In this document: positions 1 through 7,684 of the stretch, in pieces | Layout of the letters: each line of letters begins with the position of its first letter | How positions within the stretch are numbered: the stretch's first letter is position 1 | Assembly: GCA_046758965.1 (NCBI GenBank) | Contig: JBHIBG010000037.1 | Location: forward strand, 1-24,876 | Source of the DNA: Candidatus Methylomirabilia bacterium | GTDB lineage: Bacteria > Methylomirabilota > Methylomirabilia > Rokubacteriales > CSP1-6 | Direction of reading: 5' to 3' | DNA: 24,876 bases | Made by a program: the position numbers and the translations under genes | The notes under the pieces: generated by a model | Seen by the model: the letters and a program-made list of their open reading frames with translations, nothing else | Database searches by the model: none | What the model was told of the DNA's origin: nothing

Positions 1-143
1 GAGGCAAGCACGGCTCCCGACCCGTGACCAGGGCGATCGACCGTCCCGCCTAACCACAATTTCGCGGCGCCAGGTCCGGGGACCCAGCTCTTCTCTCCCG
101 GGTTATCTGCCTCCCCGAACCCCTGAACCTCGGCTGTGGAACG

Positions 144-172
144 ACTCTATGCCGACCCCTCGCGCCTGTCAA
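144..172 (-). promoter_or_regulatory. Putative sigma70 promoter firing leftwards (TTGACA-17-TAGAGT)
   Basis: Plus-strand tgtcaa at 167-172 and actcta at 144-149, with a 17-nt spacer. The -35 is a perfect consensus match. Confidence 0.55.
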
Positions 173-292
173 GAACGCCTCTTGTGGCGCTCTCTGTCTG
201 GCCCGCGATTCTTCTCGGTGATCTCCGTGAGCGCTCCCGCTGGAGGACTCCTCTCGCGCGACAGCATACAGGGGAGACCGGTCCCGCCGGGC

Positions 293-320
293 TTGACTCC
301 CCCTCCGTCCAGAGTATATT
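293..320 (+). promoter_or_regulatory. Putative sigma70 promoter for the transhydrogenase gene (TTGACT-16-TATATT)
   Basis: TTGACT at 293-298 and TATATT at 315-320, about 57 nt before the ATG at 378. Confidence 0.55.
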
Positions 321-377
321 GAGGGCAGCAATCCGAGCTCCTCCCCTAGACGAAAGCTCCCCGACAGGAGGGACCCG

Positions 378-1667
378 ATGAAGGGAGTCACGCTGCCCAC
401 CGAAACCGTCTTTGTGATGGAGATGTCGCCGATCAAGTTCGGCCTGGGCGCCACGGACGAGATCGCCTTCGACGCGAGCCGGCTCGGTGCCACGAAGGTC
501 CTGATCGTGACCGACCCCAACATCTCGGATCTCGGCCTGCCCGGGCGCATTCGCGGGCAACTCGGCGAGGCGGGCATCAAGGCCGAAATTTACGACGGCG
601 TGGAGATCGAGCCGACTGATCGGTCGATGGAAGAAGCGGCGGAGTTCGCCCGCGCCAAGGAGTTCGATGGCCTGATCGCCGTTGGCGGAGGAAGCGCCAT
701 CGACACGTGTAAGGCCGTAAACCTGCTCACGTGCCATCCCGCTCCACTCCTCGACTACGTCAACAAGCCGGTCGGCAAAGGTGTGCCGGTCCCTCGCCCG
801 TTGAAGCCGCTCATCGCCGTGCCGACGACGGCCGGCACCGGTAGCGAGACGACGGCGGTCGCCGTCACGCACGTGGTCGACCAGAACGTCAAGGCCGGCA
901 TCTCGCACCGCCTCCTGCGCCCCACGTTGGGGATCGTGGACCCGCTGAACACGCTCACCGCGCCAGCGGAGGTCACGGCCGCCGTCGGAGCGGACGTCCT
1001 TACCCACGCGATCGAGTCGTACACGACGCGCCCCTACGACGCCCGGGCGAAACACAACCCGCCCGAACGCCCGGCCTACATCGGCGCAAACCCGGCGAGC
1101 GACCTCTGGTGCGAGAAGGCGATCGAGTACGTCGGGAAGTACCTGCGCCGCGCCGTGCTGAACGGCCTCGACCTCGAAGCGCGCGTGCACCTGGCGCTGG
1201 CCGCGACGTACGCCGGCATCGGTTTCGGCAACGCGGGGGTGCACATCCCGCACGCCATCGCCTACCCGATCGCCGGGCTCGTACGAGACTATATGCCGGC
1301 TGGCTATCGAGCCCGCCACGCGCTCGTGCCTCACGGCATCTCCGTCATACTCACGGCCCCCGCCGCCTTCCGGTTCACCTACCCGAGCTCGCCGGAACGC
1401 CACCTGCGCGCGGCCCTCCTGATGGGCGCCTCAGTCGACAGACTGCCAGAGGCGGAACAGAGAGAGGCACTGCCGCGAGCGCTGATGGCGCTGATGCGCG
1501 ACGTGGGCATCCCCAACGGCTTGACGGCGATCGGATGCACGGAGCGCGACGTGCCAGCGCTGATCGAGGGCACGCTCAGGCAGCCCCGGCTCCTCTCGGG
1601 CTCGCCGAGACCCGTCGGGGCGGTCGACCTCGACCGGATCCTCCGCGATGCCATGCGCTGTTGGTAG
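378..1667 (+). CDS. Hydroxyacid-oxoacid transhydrogenase (iron-containing alcohol dehydrogenase family, ADHFE1/HOT-like)
   Basis: Motifs GGGSAIDTCK, PTTAGTGSE and DVLTHAIESYT, the HOT-type GFGNAGVHIPHAIAYPIAG, and VPHG. SD AGGAGG upstream. Confidence 0.9.
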   Translation: MKGVTLPTETVFVMEMSPIKFGLGATDEIAFDASRLGATKVLIVTDPNISDLGLPGRIRGQLGEAGIKAEIYDGVEIEPTDRSMEEAAEFARAKEFDGLIAVGGGSAIDTCKAVNLLTCHPAPLLDYVNKPVGKGVPVPRPLKPLIAVPTTAGTGSETTAVAVTHVVDQNVKAGISHRLLRPTLGIVDPLNTLTAPAEVTAAVGADVLTHAIESYTTRPYDARAKHNPPERPAYIGANPASDLWCEKAIEYVGKYLRRAVLNGLDLEARVHLALAATYAGIGFGNAGVHIPHAIAYPIAGLVRDYMPAGYRARHALVPHGISVILTAPAAFRFTYPSSPERHLRAALLMGASVDRLPEAEQREALPRALMALMRDVGIPNGLTAIGCTERDVPALIEGTLRQPRLLSGSPRPVGAVDLDRILRDAMRCW

Positions 1668-1702
1668 CGCCCGGGGGCGCATCCAAGCCGACGTCCGAGG
1701 CG

Positions 1703-2650
1703 CTATGGCGCTTTCCAGACGACGTTCCCGTCACTGCCAAACAGTACGAGGGACGAGGCGGGACGCTTCTCCACCGCTCCCGTGAACGTCGTCTGAAGTT
1801 TGGCGTGACCCAGTACGGCCCGGACTCTCTCATTCCTGTCGGCAAGCTCCAGGCTCGGCGAGCCGCGAGCCGACACGCTTATCCCGACGCGGCGCTTATG
1901 AGCAGCATCGAGTAGGCTCAGCTGTGCCAACCCATCATCCGTGACGAGCAGCATGGCGCGAGCCCTCGCGCCTTGGTCCAACAGCTTCACGCTCGGCATG
2001 CCATCAGGACGCACACCCAGACGCGCGCGGATGCGCCTGCTCTTGTCATAGAGGTCGAGGGCGGATTCGCCATCCCGCCCTACGCGGAGTGCCCCACGGG
2101 GCATCCCGTTCTTGTCTGCGAGCATCAGCAGCGGCGAGCCGTCGCCCGCGACACTGAGCTCCACGTGACGCCTCCGTTCGACGCGGGTCTTCCACGTTTC
2201 GGAGTAAAACTCCAGGCGCATTCGACCGCCTGGTTCGTGGCGGAGCTCGATAATTCGTTGGGAGTCCTTGTCCGCTAGCAAGATGTGAGGGGGGTTATTC
2301 GGACCCACTCCAAGCCACGCATGGGCATCGGTATCCTTGTCCCTGAGCGTAAGGGCCGAGTATCCTTTCGACACCCCGATCGAAGCGGCAACCTTCCCTT
2401 CTTCGTGGACCCGTAGTCCTACATACCCATTGGGCAATGCAGAGAGGTCGGCTCGAACCGTGCCATCATCGCCAACGACGATAAATCGCCGCGCCCGTAC
2501 CTCCTCTGCAACCGTCCCCCCTCTGGCCCCTGCGAGCAACACGACTGCGAGGACGGCCATGGCGGCACCCCCGAGGATCTTCCACCAGCGAACCTCGCGC
2601 TCGAGCCGCTCGAGGCGTTGGGTCACCGTGTCCAGCGCTGATTCCTTCAT
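1703..2650 (-). CDS. Hypothetical membrane-anchored protein with ~23-aa beta-strand repeats
   Basis: The ATG at 2650 follows GGAGGGAG. The protein has an N-terminal coiled-coil-like segment (RLERLERE), a hydrophobic helix, then repeated LxLxDxxxxxRxxLxVxxDGxP units. Confidence 0.75.
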   Translation of the reverse strand: MKESALDTVTQRLERLEREVRWWKILGGAAMAVLAVVLLAGARGGTVAEEVRARRFIVVGDDGTVRADLSALPNGYVGLRVHEEGKVAASIGVSKGYSALTLRDKDTDAHAWLGVGPNNPPHILLADKDSQRIIELRHEPGGRMRLEFYSETWKTRVERRRHVELSVAGDGSPLLMLADKNGMPRGALRVGRDGESALDLYDKSRRIRARLGVRPDGMPSVKLLDQGARARAMLLVTDDGLAQLSLLDAAHKRRVGISVSARGSPSLELADRNERVRAVLGHAKLQTTFTGAVEKRPASSLVLFGSDGNVVWKAP

Positions 2651-2809
2651 CGCTCCCTCCGTGTCTCTCGGATAGCAGCCCGCGCCCAGTATGTGAACGC
2701 CCTCTCCCGCACCTTCGCTCACCGCCGCCGGGTCACGCCCTCGCTCTCCACGTCACAACGCCCGGGCTTCGTGCCTCGCCAGCCAGCGGAGAATAGTGCC
2801 GCCGATCTG

Positions 2810-4081
2810 TCAACGACCTGACGGCAGCAAACCCATCGCAGCCGTGAGGATGTGAAAGATCGCCGTGTTGTCCAGTCGCCTTCCTACCAGTTCCTGACCG
2901 GGACCGAGGGCTGCGATCCGCACCTGGTCTCCGGTATGTCCTGTGGTCGCCCAGCTCACGCAGAAGGCCAGACGGTCCGGGGTGAAGAGGGGACCATCGC
3001 TAGGCGCCCCATTCCTTTCCCGGCAGACGAGCTGGCCGTCTTCGCTGTGAGGACTCGTGACCCCGACCCCGCCAGTCTCATGGTCGCCCACGAGGATGAC
3101 GAGCGTTCCCGAAGCACGGCGTGCGAAATCGACGATGACCGCGACGGCCTCGTCGAGCCCCTGGGCCGCCTTCAGGCAAAGCTCGGCATTGTTGCGGTGG
3201 CACAGTTCATCGGTGCCTTCATCCTCCACGACCAGGAAAAACCCGAGTGGCGCCTGCTCGAGAATCGTGAGCCCCTTCTCGACCATGGTCGCCAAGGATG
3301 GGCGGGGGTTATAGAGCCCCCCTGGCTCAGGCTCGGCGACAAACATATCCCCTTCACTGAACAACCCCAGCAGCTTGGTCACGTTCGCGGCATCGACCGC
3401 GCGCAGGCCGGCTTCATCAAAGACGGAGGTGTATCCGCGCCGGTGGGCCTCTGCGAGAAGGTCTCGGCCGTCCCTCCGGTCGCCTGCCTGAGGATGCTGG
3501 CCGACCGTGCCGCCGGGCCGGAAGAACGTCTCCCCGCCGCCGAGGATCACACGTGGGCCAAGTTCAAGGAGTTGCCTGGCGATCTCTCCCTTTTCCTCAC
3601 GGCTCCTCACGTGCGCGGTAAAGCTCGCTGGGGTGGCATCCACCACGGTCGCTGTCGTGATCACCCCGGTCCACTTCCCGGCGCGTTGAGCCAATTCCAG
3701 GACCGTGGCTCCCGGTCGTCCCTGCGCATCGACCCCGACGGCGCCGTTCTTCGTCTTGAATCCGATCGCCATCGCCGTCGCTGAGGCAGCGGAGTCCGTG
3801 ACCAGGCTGTCTGCCGAGTGCGTGGTCATTTGGGCGGTCGCGGGAAGCGCATCCATGGCCAGCGTGCCGGCGGCGCCGACGGTCAGAAGCCGCATCGCGG
3901 TGATCAGGCCGTCGCTCATCCCATCTCCCACGATGAGCACGGCATTCCGTGCCCGGCCCTGGGCTGCCAGCATCCCGCGGCCATCCAATACAAGGAGGAG
4001 GGGGAGAAGCAGCACGGTCACTGCGGCACAGGTTCTGACACCTCCTCCTCCTCTCCGTTTTATCGTGCGCGCCCGCCGCAT
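2810..4081 (-). CDS. phoA: Alkaline phosphatase (PhoA family), secreted
   Basis: VGDGM, catalytic TDSAASAT, DATPASF, DELCH, GDHETGG and GHT metal-ligand motifs. Basic plus hydrophobic signal peptide. Start at 4081 chosen from the upstream CAGGAGG. Confidence 0.85.
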   Translation of the reverse strand: MRRARTIKRRGGGGVRTCAAVTVLLLPLLLVLDGRGMLAAQGRARNAVLIVGDGMSDGLITAMRLLTVGAAGTLAMDALPATAQMTTHSADSLVTDSAASATAMAIGFKTKNGAVGVDAQGRPGATVLELAQRAGKWTGVITTATVVDATPASFTAHVRSREEKGEIARQLLELGPRVILGGGETFFRPGGTVGQHPQAGDRRDGRDLLAEAHRRGYTSVFDEAGLRAVDAANVTKLLGLFSEGDMFVAEPEPGGLYNPRPSLATMVEKGLTILEQAPLGFFLVVEDEGTDELCHRNNAELCLKAAQGLDEAVAVIVDFARRASGTLVILVGDHETGGVGVTSPHSEDGQLVCRERNGAPSDGPLFTPDRLAFCVSWATTGHTGDQVRIAALGPGQELVGRRLDNTAIFHILTAAMGLLPSGR

Positions 4082-4122
4082 GCCGCCGACGCCCTCCTGG
4101 CTGTCGCCCGAGCTCCCCGTCT

Positions 4123-5130
4123 TCAAGAAGGGCGCGGCGGGCGAAAGGCGTTTAGGACAAAGTCGATCTGATCGGGAGTGAGGTTCGGCTGTAGCAAGAG
4201 GATCGGCAGAGAGGCACCCGCCTCGTACCAGCGCGCGAGCCGGACCCGGGCCTGCTCGGGGGTCCCGAACACCGTCAACTGCTCGAGCAGGCTCTCTGCC
4301 TCGGGCGGCACCACGGCGGACTCCCGCGCTGGGTTGGCGGCGAGGGTCGCCTCCACTTCCTTTGCGAACCCCTGTCTCGAGAGGTTCCTTTGATAGAGCG
4401 TCCCCATGGAAGTCAGGTAGAAGGCGATGAACCAGGCCGCCCCCGCCCGGGCCTCCTCCGGATTGTCCGCGACGACCGTCGGGATGCACGGGCAGACGCG
4501 CCGCAACCGCTCCGCGCCGCCTGCCCTGGCTGCGCCTTCCCTCAAGAGGGCAATTCCCTCGGCCAGGCGATCACGGGGAAAGAGAAACGGGACCCATCCG
4601 TCAGCCAGCTCCCCTGCGAGCCGAATCGTCTCCACGGACAGGCCTGCAAGGTAGATGGGAAGGGCAGGCGCCGGAGGGAGATTCAGCCGGAGCGACCGGG
4701 CTCCGGTGGGGTCGGAGAGCGGGATCCGGTCGCCGCGGAGGAGCGCCCGTACCTGGGTGACGATCCGCCGCAGCTGTTTGACGGGGGCGCTGAACGGGAC
4801 GTCGTGGAGCCCTTCGGCGAGCTGCGGGGTGCTCGCTCCGAGGCCGAGAATGAACCGGCCGCCGGAAACGACGTGGAGCGTGGATGCGGCCATGGCCACG
4901 GTGCCGGCGCTCCGCCCCCACACCCCCAGCACGCCAGAGCCGAGACGGGTATTGCGCACGCGGGTAGCGGCCTCGGCCAGCAGGACCGTCACATCATACG
5001 CCCATGTTTCGGGAAGGAAGAAGGCCTCATACCCGAGATGATCGGCCGTCGTGGCGAGGTGGAGGATTATCTCCCTCCGGTTCTCGAGCGGCATCACGGA
5101 CACCGCGAGGGAGCGGGCCTCATCTGTCAT
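4123..5130 (-). CDS. LLM-class (luciferase-like) flavin/F420-dependent oxidoreductase
   Basis: Motifs LPETW, RLGSGV, SGGRFILGLGAS, PIYLAG and LAGELADGW. SD AAGGAGG before the ATG at 5130. Confidence 0.88.
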   Translation of the reverse strand: MTDEARSLAVSVMPLENRREIILHLATTADHLGYEAFFLPETWAYDVTVLLAEAATRVRNTRLGSGVLGVWGRSAGTVAMAASTLHVVSGGRFILGLGASTPQLAEGLHDVPFSAPVKQLRRIVTQVRALLRGDRIPLSDPTGARSLRLNLPPAPALPIYLAGLSVETIRLAGELADGWVPFLFPRDRLAEGIALLREGAARAGGAERLRRVCPCIPTVVADNPEEARAGAAWFIAFYLTSMGTLYQRNLSRQGFAKEVEATLAANPARESAVVPPEAESLLEQLTVFGTPEQARVRLARWYEAGASLPILLLQPNLTPDQIDFVLNAFRPPRPS

Positions 5131-5324
5131 CCGGTTGCCTCCTTGAAGCACGCATCTCGCGCCGCGTTACGCCTCCACTCCTTCGGGCACAGCCGGCACA
5201 CTGATCCTCCCCCCCGAGCCCGCCGAGTGGGGGCTCCGGGAGGAGCCCTCCCCGGCGCCACGCCCGGAATCGCGAACGGACAGAGCGCTGGCAAGAGGAC
5301 GGGACACGCTTCAGGCGTGAGCAT

Positions 5325-5401
5325 AAAAAGGCCCCGAACGGATGCTGCGGCGGCGAAAGAGCCACGCCGCCCCGCTGGTGACCGGCGGGACCGTCGGGGC
5401 C
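5325..5401 (-). terminator. Terminator-like multibranch hairpin followed by a U5 tract
   Basis: GGCCCCGA (5330-5337) pairs with TCGGGGCC (5394-5401) and encloses two internal hairpins. On the minus strand it is followed directly by TTTTT (plus aaaaa, 5325-5329). Confidence 0.55.
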
Positions 5402-5452
5402 GGTGGTGCCTGGATCTTCCCAGGCGGCCACCAACAACTACGGAGGCCTGGC

Positions 5453-5494
5453 CTAGGAGGCCACCACCTCACAGCTCACCGTAGGTTTACACAC
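5453..5494 (-). CDS. Putative 13-aa peptide MCKPTVSCEVVAS (GTG start)
   Basis: GTG lies 8 nt after AGGAGGTG. TAG stop at 5453-5455. Supported only by the exceptional RBS. Confidence 0.4.
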   Translation of the reverse strand: MCKPTVSCEVVAS

Positions 5495-5742
5495 GGCTGG
5501 ACCACCTCCTTTCTCGGCGAGCCCCTGCATGTGGGCCCAGGTCCCACTGACCCCCAACCGACCGCCGACTGCCGGCCCGGGGCTCGGCCACGTCGCCCCC
5601 GGCGGGATTGCCGAGGGGGACGCCACGGGAGCCTGTGTGCGCTCCGGCCGATTTGGCTCTATCCTACCCCGAGGCCCGGGCACGAGAAAAATGAAATCTC
5701 GGGCTCACTCCGCCGCGGTGGGAACCCCGACACGGTATCTGT

Positions 5743-6051
5743 CTACTTTACCGCGATGGCATTCTGGTTCCTCTGCCAGAACACCTTGCCGATCCCCCTC
5801 ACCTTCTGGATGTCCTCCGGCTTTTCGAACGGACCGTGAGCGTTCCGGTACTCGATGATCCTGTCCGCGAGAGCCGAGCCGACCCCGTTGAGCTGCATCA
5901 GCTCCGCCTTGGACGCAGTATTGACGTTGACCGTTCCATCCTGGACAGCCACTGACTCCAGCCGGGGGGCCGGTTTGGCCGCCCAGGCCGGCAGAGCTGC
6001 CAGTGACATGACGAACGAGAGAAAGAGCGCGAGCACTGTGTTCCCGATCAT
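5743..6051 (-). CDS. comEA: ComEA-like helix-hairpin-helix DNA-binding protein with signal peptide
   Basis: VNVNTASKAELMQLNGVGSALADRIIEYR...GPFEKPEDIQKVRGIG. Hydrophobic N-terminus ending in AWA. SD GGAGGAG. Confidence 0.85.
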   Translation of the reverse strand: MIGNTVLALFLSFVMSLAALPAWAAKPAPRLESVAVQDGTVNVNTASKAELMQLNGVGSALADRIIEYRNAHGPFEKPEDIQKVRGIGKVFWQRNQNAIAVK

Positions 6052-6230
6052 GGTCTCCTCCTTGGCTTGGTCGCGTAAACTCCCATGCCTCCCGCCGCGG
6101 CCGGGAGGCTCCCTCAGGTGATTCAAGCCAATGGGACGATCGCCGTCAATGTCCAATGTCTGATACACGGGGAAATAGCGGAAAGATAGGGAGCTGCGAC
6201 GAGTTCGGGTCGTTGCGGGGTTGGGCATCG

Positions 6231-6256
6231 CCCTCCGGAGCGCCGGCTCCGGAGGG
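6231..6256. terminator. Perfect 11-bp GC hairpin downstream of the 6273-6707 ORF
   Basis: CCCTCCGGAGC-gccg-GCTCCGGAGGG. There is no U tract, so terminator function is uncertain. Confidence 0.35.
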
Positions 6257-6272
6257 GCCTGACTGAGAGCTG

Positions 6273-6707
6273 CTATCGACTCCTGCGGGCCTGGATCCTG
6301 GCGCGTTGTCTGGCTAGGAGGAGACGTCGATCACGCGAGTAGCCGACGTCCAGCTGGCGTCTCGGCCTGACTGCTTGCCGCAAGCCCCCCGGGATTCCCC
6401 GAACACGCCGCCATCTCCGTACGGCGTGCGGGAGTCGACCATCCCTGACTGCCTCCCAGATGCCCGTCATGAACGGGGCTCGGTAGTTTGCCGGGATGAG
6501 CTTCATCACGTCCGGACACTCACGACTCAAGAGCCCGAGGAACCCTCGTTCAAAGGCCTTCCGCTTGTCCGGCTTACCTGTGGCCGCGTCCGCCAGACCG
6601 GCCAGATAGAGTTGCCCCTTCTTGCTGAGGAGCTTGTCCAAGCGGGTGACCACGTGCCGACCCATGTCGGCATAGAAGACGTTGAGGGACATGCGAACAC
6701 GCCTCAT
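6273..6707 (-). CDS. Hypothetical basic protein with Arg-rich C-terminus
   Basis: Strong SD GGAGGT 6 nt before the ATG. 144-aa ORF in the same orientation as its neighbours. No family recognised. Confidence 0.55.
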   Translation of the reverse strand: MRRVRMSLNVFYADMGRHVVTRLDKLLSKKGQLYLAGLADAATGKPDKRKAFERGFLGLLSRECPDVMKLIPANYRAPFMTGIWEAVRDGRLPHAVRRWRRVRGIPGGLRQAVRPRRQLDVGYSRDRRLLLARQRARIQARRSR

Positions 6708-6822
6708 GGCTGCACCTCCATACCAGGCAGGCCCAGGACCACGCCTTTCGCCTCTGGTTCACCTCCGCGATCATAGGGGCGCTTGGGCTTTGGCCGGCGA
6801 TATTCGGGGCAGTTCTCGTTCA

Positions 6823-7212
6823 TCACGCTTCCCGTTCGCCGATGTGCGATTCGTTCGAGGTGCACTCGCGCCCCCGTGAGGAGTCGGCGAGGCGGCGGAG
6901 ATACTCCTCCCACTCCACAGGGAGGAGGAGCTGCTTCGCGGTGTTACATGCCTTGCATGCGGGCACCACGTTCCCCCGCGTGCTCCTGCCACCCCGAATC
7001 ACCGGGACCATGTGGTCCATCGTGAGCTTCCGGGCCCCCACCTGGCGGCCGCAGTAGTAGCAGACGCCGGCCGCACGCTTCCGCTTCCACCACTGGCTCT
7101 GGCGAAGGGCCCGCGCCTTGGAGCGCTCCCGCCTGAGCTGGGTCTCGGTGGCCTCGGTGATGAAGTCCGCGCGTTCCATGGCCATCCCGGATCGTCGTCG
7201 ATGAGCGATCAC
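6823..7212 (-). CDS. HNH endonuclease (McrA-like, zinc-binding)
   Basis: CYYC...DHMVPVIRGG...NVVPACKACN. The start is either the GTG at 7212 (GTGA overlap with the upstream stop) or the ATG at 7185/7179. Confidence 0.85.
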   Translation of the reverse strand: MIAHRRRSGMAMERADFITEATETQLRRERSKARALRQSQWWKRKRAAGVCYYCGRQVGARKLTMDHMVPVIRGGRSTRGNVVPACKACNTAKQLLLPVEWEEYLRRLADSSRGRECTSNESHIGEREA

Positions 7213-7604
7213 GGCTGTCCGGCTACCCGTTCGGGAAGGACCTTGTAGACCACCCGGGCTTCCCCGGGCTGCCGGAACGGGTAGGTATCCTGGCCCAGGT
7301 ATTTCTTTGCGAGGGCGTCAATGTGCTGGTCGGCACCCTGCTCGGTGGCCTCCACCACGCGCCCGGAGACCCGGATGTAGCGGTAGGCGTTGTCAGGGTC
7401 CATGATGGCCAGGACCACGTTCGGGCTCCGTTTGAGGCTCTTGTCCTTCATGCGCCCCCTAGCGGTGTTGAAGCGGATATGGGTCCCGTCGAAATCCACC
7501 CAGACTGGTGTGACCTGGGGTGACCCATCGGGGTTGACCGTGGCCAGGTGGGCGAAGGCCTTCTTGCCGAAGAGGTCCTGGTACCGATCGGGAATTGTGG
7601 CCAT
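7209..7604 (-). CDS. PPOX-class putative F420-dependent oxidoreductase
   Basis: AHLATVNPDGSPQVTPVW, FNTARGRMK, HIDALAKKYLG and YPFRQPGE motifs. SD AAAGGAG. Confidence 0.88.
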   Translation of the reverse strand: MATIPDRYQDLFGKKAFAHLATVNPDGSPQVTPVWVDFDGTHIRFNTARGRMKDKSLKRSPNVVLAIMDPDNAYRYIRVSGRVVEATEQGADQHIDALAKKYLGQDTYPFRQPGEARVVYKVLPERVAGQP

Positions 7605-7684
7605 GTTCACGCTCCTTTCATCAGCTCTCCACTACTCGATGATACCGGCGGGCCTGCCATCCGAGGCCCGAGCGTGAGGTGCTC

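Larger units (their letters stand above)
5325..5655 (-). ncRNA. Candidate structured RNA or small-ORF mRNA with a 21-nt segment complementary to the 16S rRNA 3' end
   Basis: At least seven short stems, a -10-like TAGGAT at 5661-5666, a terminator-like 3' end, and AGAAAGGAGGTGGTCCAGCCG at 5494-5514. Family not recognised. Confidence 0.5.

Noticed and set aside
147..1403. 418-aa minus-strand ORF
   Set aside because: It is the antisense shadow of the transhydrogenase gene.
4040..4056. Strong SD-like GGAGAGGAGGAGGAGG inside the phosphatase 5' region
   Set aside because: No canonical start codon follows at usable spacing. It is explained as Arg/Gly codons (RRGGGG).
2810..4489. 559-aa extended alkaline phosphatase
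   Set aside because: The extension overlaps the LLM gene. The signal peptide and SD support a start at 4081.
5479..5514. Calling a 16S rRNA gene or fragment
   Set aside because: Similarity is limited to about 36 nt. The conserved AAGTCGTAACAAGG is absent upstream and no ITS, tRNA or 23S follows. Reported as a finding instead.
5325..5655. tmRNA, RNase P RNA, or c-di-AMP/c-di-GMP riboswitch
   Set aside because: The size fits, but I see no tRNA-like ends with a T-loop and CCA, no GAGGAAAGUCC, and no riboswitch consensus that I recognise.
6823..7212. HNH gene as a mobile intron/homing element, Cas9/IscB or defence system
   Set aside because: It is a small stand-alone HNH with no RuvC motifs, no interrupted host gene, no methyltransferase and no repeat array nearby.
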